Below, one piece after another: positions 9,141 through 18,032 of a stretch of DNA of 64,000 nucleotides (positions are counted from its first letter, which is position 1; each line of letters starts with the position of its first letter). Source of the stretch: Alphaproteobacteria bacterium (GTDB lineage Bacteria > Pseudomonadota > Alphaproteobacteria > UBA828); contig CBDCQT010000013.1 of NCBI GenBank assembly GCA_965220745.1, positions 544,001 through 608,000 on the forward strand, read 5' to 3'. The position numbers were made by a program, and so were the translations under genes. The notes beneath the pieces were generated by a model. It worked only from the letters and a program-made list of their open reading frames with translations, made no database searches and had not been told where the DNA came from.

Positions 9141-10063
9141 GTACCGTAGCTCCCCGGCGGCGGTTCCCTGGTGTCGAGCGCGCGGCCTGGGAAGAGGCGG
9201 TTCAACGACACCTCCTCCGAGGCAATCGCGATCAGGTCGTCGTTCTCGTACATGATCATCGGCTTCGCCGCGAGATGATCCTTGGCGTAGCCGATCTCGT
9301 CCTTGGTCGAGACCAAGAACGAGAACGTGCCGTCGAGGTCGTCGATCGAGGTCTTCAGCGCGTCTTCGAGCGGCACCTCGTTGGCGAGCTTGTCCGCCAG
9401 ATAGACCGCAATCAGCTCGCTGTCGTTGTCGGTGTGGAACTCGAACCCGCGACGCTCGAGCCTGCGCCGCATCTTCCAGTAGTTGGTGATCTGGCCGTTG
9501 TGCACGATCGCGATGTCGGTAAACCCGGTCGCCCAGAAGGGATGCGCCGCCTCGGGCTTGACCTCGGACTCGGTCGCGAGCCGCACGTGACCCAGACCGT
9601 GGGTGCCCTGCACCTCGCGCACGTGGAACACATCGTCTACGTCATGGGCGCCGCCCACGTCCTTGCGGATGTCCAGACTCTCGCCGATCGAGATCAGCGT
9701 CGCCGCATGCTCCATGTCGTAGGTGAGCTTCTGCACGTCGCCGGAGAAGCGCACGACGACCCGGTAGCTGTTGCCCACGTGCTCGTCTTCCACGATCTCG
9801 GCGCCGTGGTCCTCAAGCGTGGTACGAATGTCGGCGATCGCGGCCTCGACCCCGCTATTGTGGCCAACACCATCGCCCGCACCGTTCTCCTCCTCCACGA
9901 GAAAGCGAAGCCGGAGCTTGCCCGGTTCGACATCCTCGTAGAGCGCGAAGCCAGTGGAATCCGGACCACGGTGCTGGCAGCCGTCCAGCATGTCGATCAG
10001 AGCCTGACCGGTGCCAAGTCCCGTGCTCCCGTGTTTGAACATCACGCCCGCTATTCCGCACAT
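9122..10063 (-). CDS. Class II (Ntn) glutamine amidotransferase, GlxB/MgsA-like
   Basis: MCGIAG, HRGPDSTG, GHVRLAT, AHPF, VHNGQITNY, TDNDSE. Confidence 0.88.
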   Translation of the reverse strand: MCGIAGVMFKHGSTGLGTGQALIDMLDGCQHRGPDSTGFALYEDVEPGKLRLRFLVEEENGAGDGVGHNSGVEAAIADIRTTLEDHGAEIVEDEHVGNSYRVVVRFSGDVQKLTYDMEHAATLISIGESLDIRKDVGGAHDVDDVFHVREVQGTHGLGHVRLATESEVKPEAAHPFWATGFTDIAIVHNGQITNYWKMRRRLERRGFEFHTDNDSELIAVYLADKLANEVPLEDALKTSIDDLDGTFSFLVSTKDEIGYAKDHLAAKPMIMYENDDLIAIASEEVSLNRLFPGRALDTREPPPGSYGTWSRLT

Positions 10064-10170
10064 GCGCTGAGTCCCGTTTCATACCCTCGAAGGTGCTCTA
10101 TCATATCATGATTCTAGGACTCGCGCGCCGACGCACCTCTATCATGCCCCCAGTCTGAGGAAGATCAGCC

Positions 10171-11064
10171 ATGCCCCACGCGCAGTCACCGGACGGAACC
10201 AGGCTCTATTACGAAGAAGCCGGGTCGGGCCACCCGGTGCTCTTCATCCACGAATTCGCCGGCGACCACATGAGCTGGGAGCCGCAGCTCTGCCATTTCT
10301 CGCGGCGCTACCGCTGCATCGCCTATAGCGCCCGCGGCTATCCGCCGTCCGACGTGCCGGAGGACGCGGACGCTTACAGCCAGGACCACGCGGTGGCGGA
10401 CGCCATCGCCGTCCTCGACCATCTCGGCATCGAGCGTGCCCACGTCGTGGGCTTGAGTATGGGCGGGTTCGCGACCATCCACATCGGCCTCAAGCACCCG
10501 GCACGGACCTCGGCCCTCGTGGTTGCGGGCTGCGGCTACGGGGCGCCGAAGGACGCCCGCACCGGTTTCCAGCGCGAGACTCACGCGGTGGCCGACCGCC
10601 TGGAGCGCGAAGGCGCCGGCCCGGTCGGCAACGACTACGCGCTCGGGCCCACCCGCGTGCAGTTCCAGACCAAGGACCCGCGCGGCTGGGCCACTTTCCG
10701 CGACCGGCTCGCCGACCATTCCGCCAAGGGCACGGCCAACACGCTGCGCGGGGTGCAATCCCGCCGCCCTTCGCTCTACGATCTGGAGGACGGCCTCGCA
10801 GCCTTGACCGTGCCGATGCTGCTCATTACCGGCGACGAGGACGAGCCCTGCCTCGACGCCAACCTCTACCTCAAGCGCACGATCCCGACCGCCGGCCTGC
10901 TGGTGATCCCGAAATCGGGCCACACGATCAATCTCGAAGAGCCCGACGCCTTCAATCAGGCGTGCGCGGACTTCTTCGCCCAGGTCGAGAACGGCCGCTG
11001 GGGCGTGCGCGACCCGCGTTCGCTCTCCGGCACGTCCATCATCCGCGCCGACAAGGACGAGTGA
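10171..11064 (+). CDS. Alpha/beta hydrolase
   Basis: GLSMGG nucleophile elbow, GDED, SGHTINLEEP. Confidence 0.85.
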   Translation: MPHAQSPDGTRLYYEEAGSGHPVLFIHEFAGDHMSWEPQLCHFSRRYRCIAYSARGYPPSDVPEDADAYSQDHAVADAIAVLDHLGIERAHVVGLSMGGFATIHIGLKHPARTSALVVAGCGYGAPKDARTGFQRETHAVADRLEREGAGPVGNDYALGPTRVQFQTKDPRGWATFRDRLADHSAKGTANTLRGVQSRRPSLYDLEDGLAALTVPMLLITGDEDEPCLDANLYLKRTIPTAGLLVIPKSGHTINLEEPDAFNQACADFFAQVENGRWGVRDPRSLSGTSIIRADKDE

Positions 11065-12233
11065 CCGTGTCGGACACCGGGAAATCCATCGCCGACTCGC
11101 TGCACGCGCTCCTCGCCGAGCTGATCGCGATCCCGTCCACCACGCCGCCCGGCGACACGCAGGCGATCTGCGAAGCCGCCGCCGAGCACTTCAGGGCGGC
11201 CGGCTACGAGGTCTCCATGCCCATGCGGACCCCGCCGATCGCCAACCTGGTTGCGCGGCTGGGCGAGGGCTCGCCCTGCGTGGTGTTCAATGCCCACATC
11301 GACACGGTCGGCACCGGCGACCGCGCGGCCTGGCGCACCGACCCCTTCGCCGCGACGCTGGAGAAGGGCCGCATCTACGGGCTCGGCGCCAACAACTGCA
11401 AGGGCTCGGCGGCGGTGCACCTCTGGCTCGCGGACGAAATCGCCCGGCGCGGCGGGCCCAGGCTGGGAAGCGTGGTCTTCGTGCTCGCCGGCGACGAGGA
11501 GCGCCTGGGGCCGGAGGGCACCGCGTATCTGCGCGAGGATGGGCTGATCGAGCCCGACGCCCTGGTGCTCGGCTCACCCACCGAGAACCACATCATCATC
11601 GAGGAGCGCGGCATCCTCTGGGTCGAGATCGAGACCGCCGGCCGTGCCGCCCACGGCGGCGACCCGCCAGCCGGCGACAACGCAATCCTCCGCATGATGC
11701 GCCTGCTGGAGAGGCTTCAGGCCGAGCTCGCGCCGAGGCTCGCCACACGGCGCAGCGGCGAGAAGGTCTCGACCATGAACATCGGCACGATCCATGCCGG
11801 CGAGAACCCGAATGTCGTGCCCGACCGCTGTACGCTCCTGATCGACCGGCGGCTCCTGCCAGAGGAATCCGTCGACACCGCCTTTGCCGAGATCGAAGCC
11901 CTGGTGGCCGGTGCCGGCGAGCCCCGCGTGACCTGTGCCGTGCGCCGCCTGGTCGGCACGAACGGCTTCTCCGCGCCCCTCGACGGCCCCCACGTCTCGG
12001 CGCTGGTGGCCGCCATCGAAGAGCACCTGGGAAAGCCGCCGGAGGTGCTCAACGCGCTCGCCGCGAGCGACGGCCGCTTCTTCGCCCGCGACGGCATCGA
12101 GATCGTCAATTTCGGCCCCGGCGACGGTGCCGTGAGCCACGCCGCCAACGAGTTCATCCCGCTCGCCGAGATGGTGGACGCAGCATTGATCCTCCGCGCC
12201 TTCGTCGAGCGCACCCTCGGTTTCGCCGGGTGA
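11061..12233 (+). CDS. M20 (ArgE/DapE) family metallo-deacylase
   Basis: NAHIDTV, GRIYGLGA, GDEE, GRAAHG, NVVPD, SDGRFF, FGPG...HAANE; GTG start overlaps upstream TGA. Confidence 0.85.
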   Translation: MTVSDTGKSIADSLHALLAELIAIPSTTPPGDTQAICEAAAEHFRAAGYEVSMPMRTPPIANLVARLGEGSPCVVFNAHIDTVGTGDRAAWRTDPFAATLEKGRIYGLGANNCKGSAAVHLWLADEIARRGGPRLGSVVFVLAGDEERLGPEGTAYLREDGLIEPDALVLGSPTENHIIIEERGILWVEIETAGRAAHGGDPPAGDNAILRMMRLLERLQAELAPRLATRRSGEKVSTMNIGTIHAGENPNVVPDRCTLLIDRRLLPEESVDTAFAEIEALVAGAGEPRVTCAVRRLVGTNGFSAPLDGPHVSALVAAIEEHLGKPPEVLNALAASDGRFFARDGIEIVNFGPGDGAVSHAANEFIPLAEMVDAALILRAFVERTLGFAG

Positions 12234-12265
12234 GCCGCCGACAACGCTCCACCCGGAATTCCGAG

Positions 12266-12295
12266 TTGACGCTCTGTTGCCGGCGCATCTATGGT
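12266..12295 (+). promoter_or_regulatory. Sigma70-like promoter for the hairpin + NYN unit
   Basis: TTGACG (12266-12271) - N18 - TATGGT (12290-12295). Confidence 0.55.
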
Positions 12296-12301
12296 GCCCG
12301 G

Positions 12302-12350
12302 TACTTGGTCCCCGCCGGACTCGCCGCAAGGCCCCGGCGGGGTTATTTCT
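12302..12350 (+). ncRNA. Putative structured leader or small RNA ending in a terminator-like hairpin
   Basis: CCCCGCCGG (12310-18) pairs with CCGGCGGGG (12334-42), enclosing GCC-GCAA-GGC (GNRA tetraloop); followed by TTATTTCT. Confidence 0.5.
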
Positions 12351-12356
12351 CCCGCC

Positions 12357-12992
12357 ATGCCCGCCGAACCTGAAATCAAACGCGCCGTTTCGTTCATCGA
12401 CGGGCAGAACCTGTACCGGCACGCGAAGGACGCGTTCGGTCACCATCACCCCAACTACGATCCGCGCAAGCTCGCCGACGCGGTGTGCGCCGACCGCGGC
12501 TGGCTGAATTGCGGTGTTCGGTTCTATACCGGCGTGCCGAGCGCGGACAGGTCGCCGATGTGGCATGGCTACTGGACGCGACGGCTGACCGCGATGCGGC
12601 GAGCGGGCATCGTCGTTACGTCACGAAGCCTGCGCTATCGGGTCGAGAAAATTCGGCTGCCTGACGGTTCGACCCTCGAGCTTCCGGTCGAACGCGAAAA
12701 GGGAATCGATCTCCGGCTCGGACTCGACGTGGTGCGCATGGCGCGAAACGCGGAGCTGGATGTGGCGATCATTTTCAGTCAGGACCAGGACCTCAGCGAA
12801 GTAGCGCGGGAAGTCCGCGACATCTCGCGAAGCGCTGGGCGCTGGTTGAAAGTGGTCTCGGCCTTCCCCGTCGGGCCGAACGCGACCGTGCGGCGGGGTA
12901 TTGATCGGACCGACTGGTTCCGGATGGACCGGGACTTCTACGATGCCTGTCTCGATCCCAGGGACTATCGGCCGGATCGGAGGCGGACGTAG
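12357..12992 (+). CDS. NYN-domain (PIN-like, LabA/DUF88) ribonuclease
   Basis: FIDGQNLY, VRFYTG, EKGIDLRL, IIFSQDQDL acidic active-site motifs; start set at ATG 12357. Confidence 0.9.
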   Translation: MPAEPEIKRAVSFIDGQNLYRHAKDAFGHHHPNYDPRKLADAVCADRGWLNCGVRFYTGVPSADRSPMWHGYWTRRLTAMRRAGIVVTSRSLRYRVEKIRLPDGSTLELPVEREKGIDLRLGLDVVRMARNAELDVAIIFSQDQDLSEVAREVRDISRSAGRWLKVVSAFPVGPNATVRRGIDRTDWFRMDRDFYDACLDPRDYRPDRRRT

Positions 12993-13070
12993 CTAGCTGT
13001 ATCCGCTGAGGACAGTCGAAGCGAGACAATTTCTGACGCTCGCGAGCCGTTTGTCCGCAGGCCACGCCGT

Positions 13071-13085
13071 GGGCCACGGCGTTGC
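13071..13085 (+). promoter_or_regulatory. Possible sigma54 promoter of the ABC transporter operon
   Basis: GGGCCACGGCGTTGC has GG-N10-GC spacing with TTGC; a TGT-N11-ACA element lies ~65 bp upstream. Confidence 0.3.
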
Positions 13086-13163
13086 GCAGCCGGCGCCGTG
13101 CGCCTACCCTGCGGCAGGGCGCGGGAGCGCGCATTCGATGAACTTAGGGAGGGGCTAGAACCC

Positions 13164-14411
13164 ATGTTCGACATCACTCGGAGAGGTTTGCTCAAGGGCA
13201 CGGTGGGGAGTGCCGCAACACTGGTGGCGGCGGGCCTCGCGGCCTCGCCCAAGGCCTATGCCGACGACGACGAGATCGTCATCGCCAGCATCTTCGACCA
13301 GTCCGGCGGCCTCGACATCTACGGCACGCCGATGACCCAGACCTGCGAGCTCGCGGTCGAGGAGATCAACGCGGCCGGCGGCCTGCTCGGCAAGAAGATC
13401 CGGCTGATCAAGTACGACCCGCAGTCCAACATGGAGCTCTACGCGCAGTACGCCCAGGAGGCGGCGCTCAAGGAGCGTGTCGACCTGGTGCACGGCGCCA
13501 TCACCAGCGCCTCGCGCGAGGTCATCCGGCCGATCCTCCGGCGCTTCCAGACGCTCCTCTGGTACAGCGTCATCTACGAGGGCGGCGTCTGCGACATCAA
13601 CAATTTCGTCAGCGGCGTGACCGCCGTGCAGTGGGTGAAGCCCATGGCCGACTATGGCTTCAAGACCCACGGCAAGCGCTGCTACTACATCGGCGCCGAC
13701 TACAACGCGCCCCAGATCATCGGCAAGTGGACCGAGGTCTTCGCCAAGGAACAAAGTTCCGAAGTCATCACCAAGGACTTCTTCCCCCTCGACGTGGCGG
13801 AGTTCGGCCCGGCCATCGCCAAGATTCAGGAAGCGAAGCCCGACTGGCTCTCCACCTGTCTCGTGGGTGCGGCGCACACCGGCTTTTATCGCCAGTGGTA
13901 CGCGGCCGGCATGCTGAACGAGATCCCGATCGTCTCGGTGACTTTCGGCGTGGGCAACGAGCACGTCCAGCTCAGCGCGGAGGAAGGCAACGGCATCGTC
14001 AGCGCCCAGCCCTACTTCCAGGAGCTGCAGCTTCCCGCCAACGTCGAGTTCGTGAAGCGCTATCAGGAGCGCTTCGGCGACGACGCCCAGTACCTCAACT
14101 CGGTGGGCATCGGCGGCTACCTCGGCACCATGCTCTGGTCGCTCGGCGTCAAGGCCGCCGGCAGCCACGAGCGCGAGGACGTGATCGCGGCGCTGCGCAG
14201 CGGCGACATCGCCTGGGACGGTCCGGCCGGGCACATGGTGGTCGATCCTGTCACCAATCACGTCATCCAGGACATGCACATGGCCGAGTGCCAGAACCAG
14301 ACCTGGAACATCTTCGAGAGCTACTCGCAGATGTACCCGAGCGACGTGATCGACCGCTGCGACCTGACCAAGGATCCCGACATGAACGCCCATCTGGAGC
14401 CGATCATCTAG
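13164..14411 (+). CDS. ABC transporter substrate-binding protein, UrtA/AmiC-like (urea/short amide), Tat signal
   Basis: TRRGLL Tat motif, EEINAAGGLLGK, YDPQSN, SASRE, YEGG. Confidence 0.88.
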   Translation: MFDITRRGLLKGTVGSAATLVAAGLAASPKAYADDDEIVIASIFDQSGGLDIYGTPMTQTCELAVEEINAAGGLLGKKIRLIKYDPQSNMELYAQYAQEAALKERVDLVHGAITSASREVIRPILRRFQTLLWYSVIYEGGVCDINNFVSGVTAVQWVKPMADYGFKTHGKRCYYIGADYNAPQIIGKWTEVFAKEQSSEVITKDFFPLDVAEFGPAIAKIQEAKPDWLSTCLVGAAHTGFYRQWYAAGMLNEIPIVSVTFGVGNEHVQLSAEEGNGIVSAQPYFQELQLPANVEFVKRYQERFGDDAQYLNSVGIGGYLGTMLWSLGVKAAGSHEREDVIAALRSGDIAWDGPAGHMVVDPVTNHVIQDMHMAECQNQTWNIFESYSQMYPSDVIDRCDLTKDPDMNAHLEPII

Positions 14412-14468
14412 GCGTTCTGAGGGTCGCAGCGTAACGAGTGCGATAGCACTCTTGACGACGGGCGCGCC

Positions 14469-15338
14469 GTGGATACTGCTGCGCTCCTGATCATCGAAGT
14501 GCTGAACGGGATTGCCAGCCTGGCGCTCGCCTGCGCCGGGCTGGCGATTATCTTCGGCATGATGCGGGTGATCAATTTCGCCCACGGCGAGTTCATGATG
14601 CTGGGTGCATACACCACCGTGGTGTGCACCAAGACGCTCGGCATCAACATCTGGATTTCGATGCTGATCATCTCGCCCATCGTCGTCGGGATCATCGGCG
14701 TCATCGTGGAACGCGCCTTCATCCGCTTCTTCTACGGCAGGATGATCGACACGCTGATCGCCACCTGGGGGCTCAGCTTGCTGCTGATCGGCATCGTCAC
14801 CGCGATCTTCGGCAACATCATCGAGGGCGTGTCCGCGCCGATGGGGAGCTTCGAGGTCGGCGTCTACAACGTCGCCCAGTACCGCATGGTGCTCATCGGC
14901 ATCGTGATCCTGCTGTTCATCGGCGTCTTCCTGGTGCTGACGCGCACCAAGCTCGGCCTCATCGCGCGCGGCACCATGCAGAATCCGGCCCAGGCCTCGG
15001 TGCTCGGCATCAGCACGCAGCGCGTCTACATGGTGACCTTCGCGGTCGGCGCCGGCCTGACCGGGCTTGCGGGCGGCCTACTTGCGCCGATCTCGCAAGT
15101 CATCCCGACCGCCGGCGCGGCCTACGTCGCGCAGACCTTCATCACCGTCATCACCGGCGGCACCGGCGCCGTGACCGGCACGCTGGTCGCCTCCGGCGTC
15201 TTCGGCACCGTGCGGCAGCTCTTGAGCTACGAGTTCACGCCGGTGCTCGGCGGCGTCGGCCTGCTCATCGTCGCGGTGGTGATGCTGCGGCTGCTGCCCC
15301 AGGGCATCACCGGCAAGATCTTCAGGCGCTCGCTGTGA
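14469..15338 (+). CDS. ABC transporter permease, UrtB/LivH-like
   Basis: GLAIIFGMMRVINFAHGEFMMLGAY. Confidence 0.9.
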   Translation: MDTAALLIIEVLNGIASLALACAGLAIIFGMMRVINFAHGEFMMLGAYTTVVCTKTLGINIWISMLIISPIVVGIIGVIVERAFIRFFYGRMIDTLIATWGLSLLLIGIVTAIFGNIIEGVSAPMGSFEVGVYNVAQYRMVLIGIVILLFIGVFLVLTRTKLGLIARGTMQNPAQASVLGISTQRVYMVTFAVGAGLTGLAGGLLAPISQVIPTAGAAYVAQTFITVITGGTGAVTGTLVASGVFGTVRQLLSYEFTPVLGGVGLLIVAVVMLRLLPQGITGKIFRRSL

Positions 15339-16390
15339 CGGTCCTCGGCGTCAACCTGAGAAGCTGGGAGACCCTGGGCACCGCGTTGGTCGGTTTGGTC
15401 ATGCTGGTGCTGCTGTTCGCAGGCCCGCACATCTTCGACCTGTTCCTGCTCTTCAAGGTGACGCTCTTCGTTGCCATGGCGATCCTGGCACTCTCCATGG
15501 GCTTCATCTGGGGCTATGGCGGCATTCTCTGCTTCGGGCAGTCGGCGTTCTACGGCCTCGGCGCCTACACCTACGCCATCGCCGTGGGCAACATCGGCGA
15601 GAGCACCGGGCCCTTCTTCCTGGCGATCATCGTGCCTGCCGCCTTCGCCGCCCTGCTCGGCTACTTCATGTTCTACGGCCGCCTCAGCGACGTTTACCTC
15701 GCGGTGGTGACGCTCGCGGTTACGCTCATCCTCTACAACTTCATGCGCTCGACGGCTGGCGAGGAATACGCCATCGGTGCGCAGCGGCTGATGGGCTTCA
15801 ACGGCATCTCGTCGATCCAGCCTATCAACTGGCCGGGGGACGGCAATGCCCTGCTCTTCCCCGACGAGATATTCCATCTCGCGATGGGGTGCCTGATTCT
15901 GTGCTATTTCGGCCTCAAGCTCTTGAACCGCTCGCATTTCGGCCGGGTCGCGGTCGCGATTCGGGAGAACGAGCTGCGCGCCGAGCTGCTCGGCTACGAC
16001 GTCCGCCTGCACAAGCTGCAAACCTTCACCATCGGCGGCGGCATGGCGGGGCTCGCAGGCTGCCTCGGCGTCAATTTCAACTCCTTCGTCAACCCGGACG
16101 TGTTCGCGCTCAACTTCGCGGCCGAGATCATCATGTGGACGCTAATCGGCGGCCTCGGCACCCTGGTCGGGCCGATGATCGGCTGCATCGGGCTCTTGAT
16201 GCTAAAGTTCGAGATCGGCCAGCAGCAGATCACCAACACCTACCTGATCTTCGGCGGGATCATTATGGTATTCGTGCTGGCGGTGCCGGCCGGGCTGCTG
16301 CCCACCGCACGCATGCTGGCGGAGCGTATTCTGCCCGGGGCGGGTTTCGGCGGCCCGGCCAGCGGGGGACGACAGGAGGCGGCGCGGTGA
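15335..16390 (+). CDS. ABC transporter permease, UrtC/LivM-like
   Basis: WGYGGILCFGQSAFYGLGAY, FGRVAVAIRENE, GGLGTLVGP; GTG start overlaps upstream stop. Confidence 0.9.
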   Translation: MTVLGVNLRSWETLGTALVGLVMLVLLFAGPHIFDLFLLFKVTLFVAMAILALSMGFIWGYGGILCFGQSAFYGLGAYTYAIAVGNIGESTGPFFLAIIVPAAFAALLGYFMFYGRLSDVYLAVVTLAVTLILYNFMRSTAGEEYAIGAQRLMGFNGISSIQPINWPGDGNALLFPDEIFHLAMGCLILCYFGLKLLNRSHFGRVAVAIRENELRAELLGYDVRLHKLQTFTIGGGMAGLAGCLGVNFNSFVNPDVFALNFAAEIIMWTLIGGLGTLVGPMIGCIGLLMLKFEIGQQQITNTYLIFGGIIMVFVLAVPAGLLPTARMLAERILPGAGFGGPASGGRQEAAR

Positions 16391-17127
16391 CCGACTCAGC
16401 GACGAACGGAATGCCCATCCTGGAGACGCACGGGCTCACTATGCGCTTCGGCGGCGTGGTCGCGGTCGACGACGTCGACTTCTCCATGGAGGAAGGCGAG
16501 CTGCGCTGCCTGATCGGCCCCAACGGCGCGGGCAAGAGCACCTTCTTCAAGTGCCTCACCCACCAGTACAAGGCGTCCGCCGGTCGGGTCCGCTTCCGGG
16601 GCGCCGATATCACCGGCTCCCACACCTACCAGATCGCGCGCCGCGGCATCGGCATCAAGACCCAGGTGCCGAGCGTGTTCGACGGCTTGAGCGTGCATGA
16701 GAACATCTGGGTCGCGGCCCGCCGCCATCACGGCCGCCGCGAGGCCAACCGCATCGTGGACGAGATTCTGGAGCGCCTCCGCCTCAGCGCCCTCGCCCGC
16801 CGCGTCGTCGGCCAGCTCGCTCACGGCGAGCGCCAGCGGGTCGAGCTCGGCACCGTGCTCACCGGCGAGCCGGAGCTGATCCTGCTCGACGAGCCGACGG
16901 CGGGCATGACCCATGAAGAGGTCAACCAGACCACAGACCTGATTCTCGAAATTAACAAGACCACGTCGATGATCGTCGTCGAGCACGACATGCAGTTCAT
17001 CAAGTCGATCGCGAAGCGGGTGACCGTGTTCCATCAAGGAGCGATCCTGATCGAGGACACCATGGCGAACCTGGAGAAGAACCAGCAGGTGCGCGACATC
17101 TACCTCGGCAAGCAGCACCAGGCCTGA
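16387..17127 (+). CDS. ABC transporter ATP-binding protein, UrtD/LivG-like
   Basis: GPNGAGKST, LAHGE, LLDEPTAG, VEHDM. Confidence 0.9.
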   Translation: MTDSATNGMPILETHGLTMRFGGVVAVDDVDFSMEEGELRCLIGPNGAGKSTFFKCLTHQYKASAGRVRFRGADITGSHTYQIARRGIGIKTQVPSVFDGLSVHENIWVAARRHHGRREANRIVDEILERLRLSALARRVVGQLAHGERQRVELGTVLTGEPELILLDEPTAGMTHEEVNQTTDLILEINKTTSMIVVEHDMQFIKSIAKRVTVFHQGAILIEDTMANLEKNQQVRDIYLGKQHQA

Positions 17128-17130
17128 GCC

Positions 17131-17835
17131 ATGCTGAGCGCAGAAGGCATCCGCGCGAGCTACGGCAGGATCCCGATCCTGCACGGCGTCGACCTCCAGG
17201 TGGCAGAGGGCGAATTCGTCGGCATCCTGGGCCATAACGGCATGGGCAAGACCACGCTGCTCAAGACTCTGATCGGCTTGGTCAAGACCACGGACGGCAC
17301 GATCACCTTCGAGGGCGAGACCATCACGCGGGAACCGCCGCACAGGCGCAACCGGCGCGGCATCGGCTACGTGCCGCAGGGCCGCGAGATCTTCCCCAAC
17401 GTGAGCGTGCGCGACAATCTCAGGCTGGGCTTCGCGGTGCAAAAGGTGGACGAGCAGGAGGTGCTCGACGAGGTGCTGGAGGAGTTTCCGCGCCTCAAGC
17501 CGCTGCTCGACCGCGCCGGCCGCGTGCTCTCCGGCGGTGAGCAGCAGATCCTGGCGCTGGCGCGCTGCCTCTGCGGCCGCCCCCGCCTGATCCTCCTCGA
17601 CGAGCCGACCGAGGGCATCCAGCCCTCGATCGTCGAGGAGATCGTAGAGATCCTCAAAACGTTGCAGGCGCGCCGCAAGCTCACCGTCGTCCTGGTCGAG
17701 CAGAACCTCGACTTCATCGCCGAGCTCTCCCAGCGCGTGCTCATCATCCAGCGCGGCCAGTTCACCAGCGAGGTGTCGCCGTCGCAGCTCTCCGACCCCG
17801 ACCTCGTCGCCGAGTTCGTCGGCATGGGCGGTTAG
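17131..17835 (+). CDS. ABC transporter ATP-binding protein, UrtE/LivF-like
   Basis: GHNGMGKTT, LSGGEQQ, LLDEPTEGIQP, VEQN. Confidence 0.9.
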   Translation: MLSAEGIRASYGRIPILHGVDLQVAEGEFVGILGHNGMGKTTLLKTLIGLVKTTDGTITFEGETITREPPHRRNRRGIGYVPQGREIFPNVSVRDNLRLGFAVQKVDEQEVLDEVLEEFPRLKPLLDRAGRVLSGGEQQILALARCLCGRPRLILLDEPTEGIQPSIVEEIVEILKTLQARRKLTVVLVEQNLDFIAELSQRVLIIQRGQFTSEVSPSQLSDPDLVAEFVGMGG

Positions 17836-17881
17836 GGTCGTGTCGCGGAAAGTCGCATGAAGTTCGCCAGTCTCCCCTTCA

Positions 17882-17971
17882 CGTCATGCCCGGACTTGAT
17901 CCGTGCATCTCGTCCCGCCACGCGAGACCGGGGCGCCCCCGTGGATGGCCGGGACAAGCCCGGCCATGACG
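17882..17971. repeat. Inverted pair of CGTC-tagged REP-like palindromes
   Basis: CGTCATGCCCGGACTTGATCCGTGCATC ... GTGGATGGCCGGGACAAGCCCGGCCATGACG; each arm is itself a hairpin. Confidence 0.8.
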
Positions 17972-18032
17972 AGAAGGAGACTCGGCTACCGTTCGTCTTC
18001 TGTTGCAGGACGGGACGCTAAGGTCTCCGGCC

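Noticed and set aside
12993-13163. Guanidine or other riboswitch upstream of the Urt-like operon
   Set aside because: No recognisable conserved riboswitch motifs by eye; an Rfam scan would be needed
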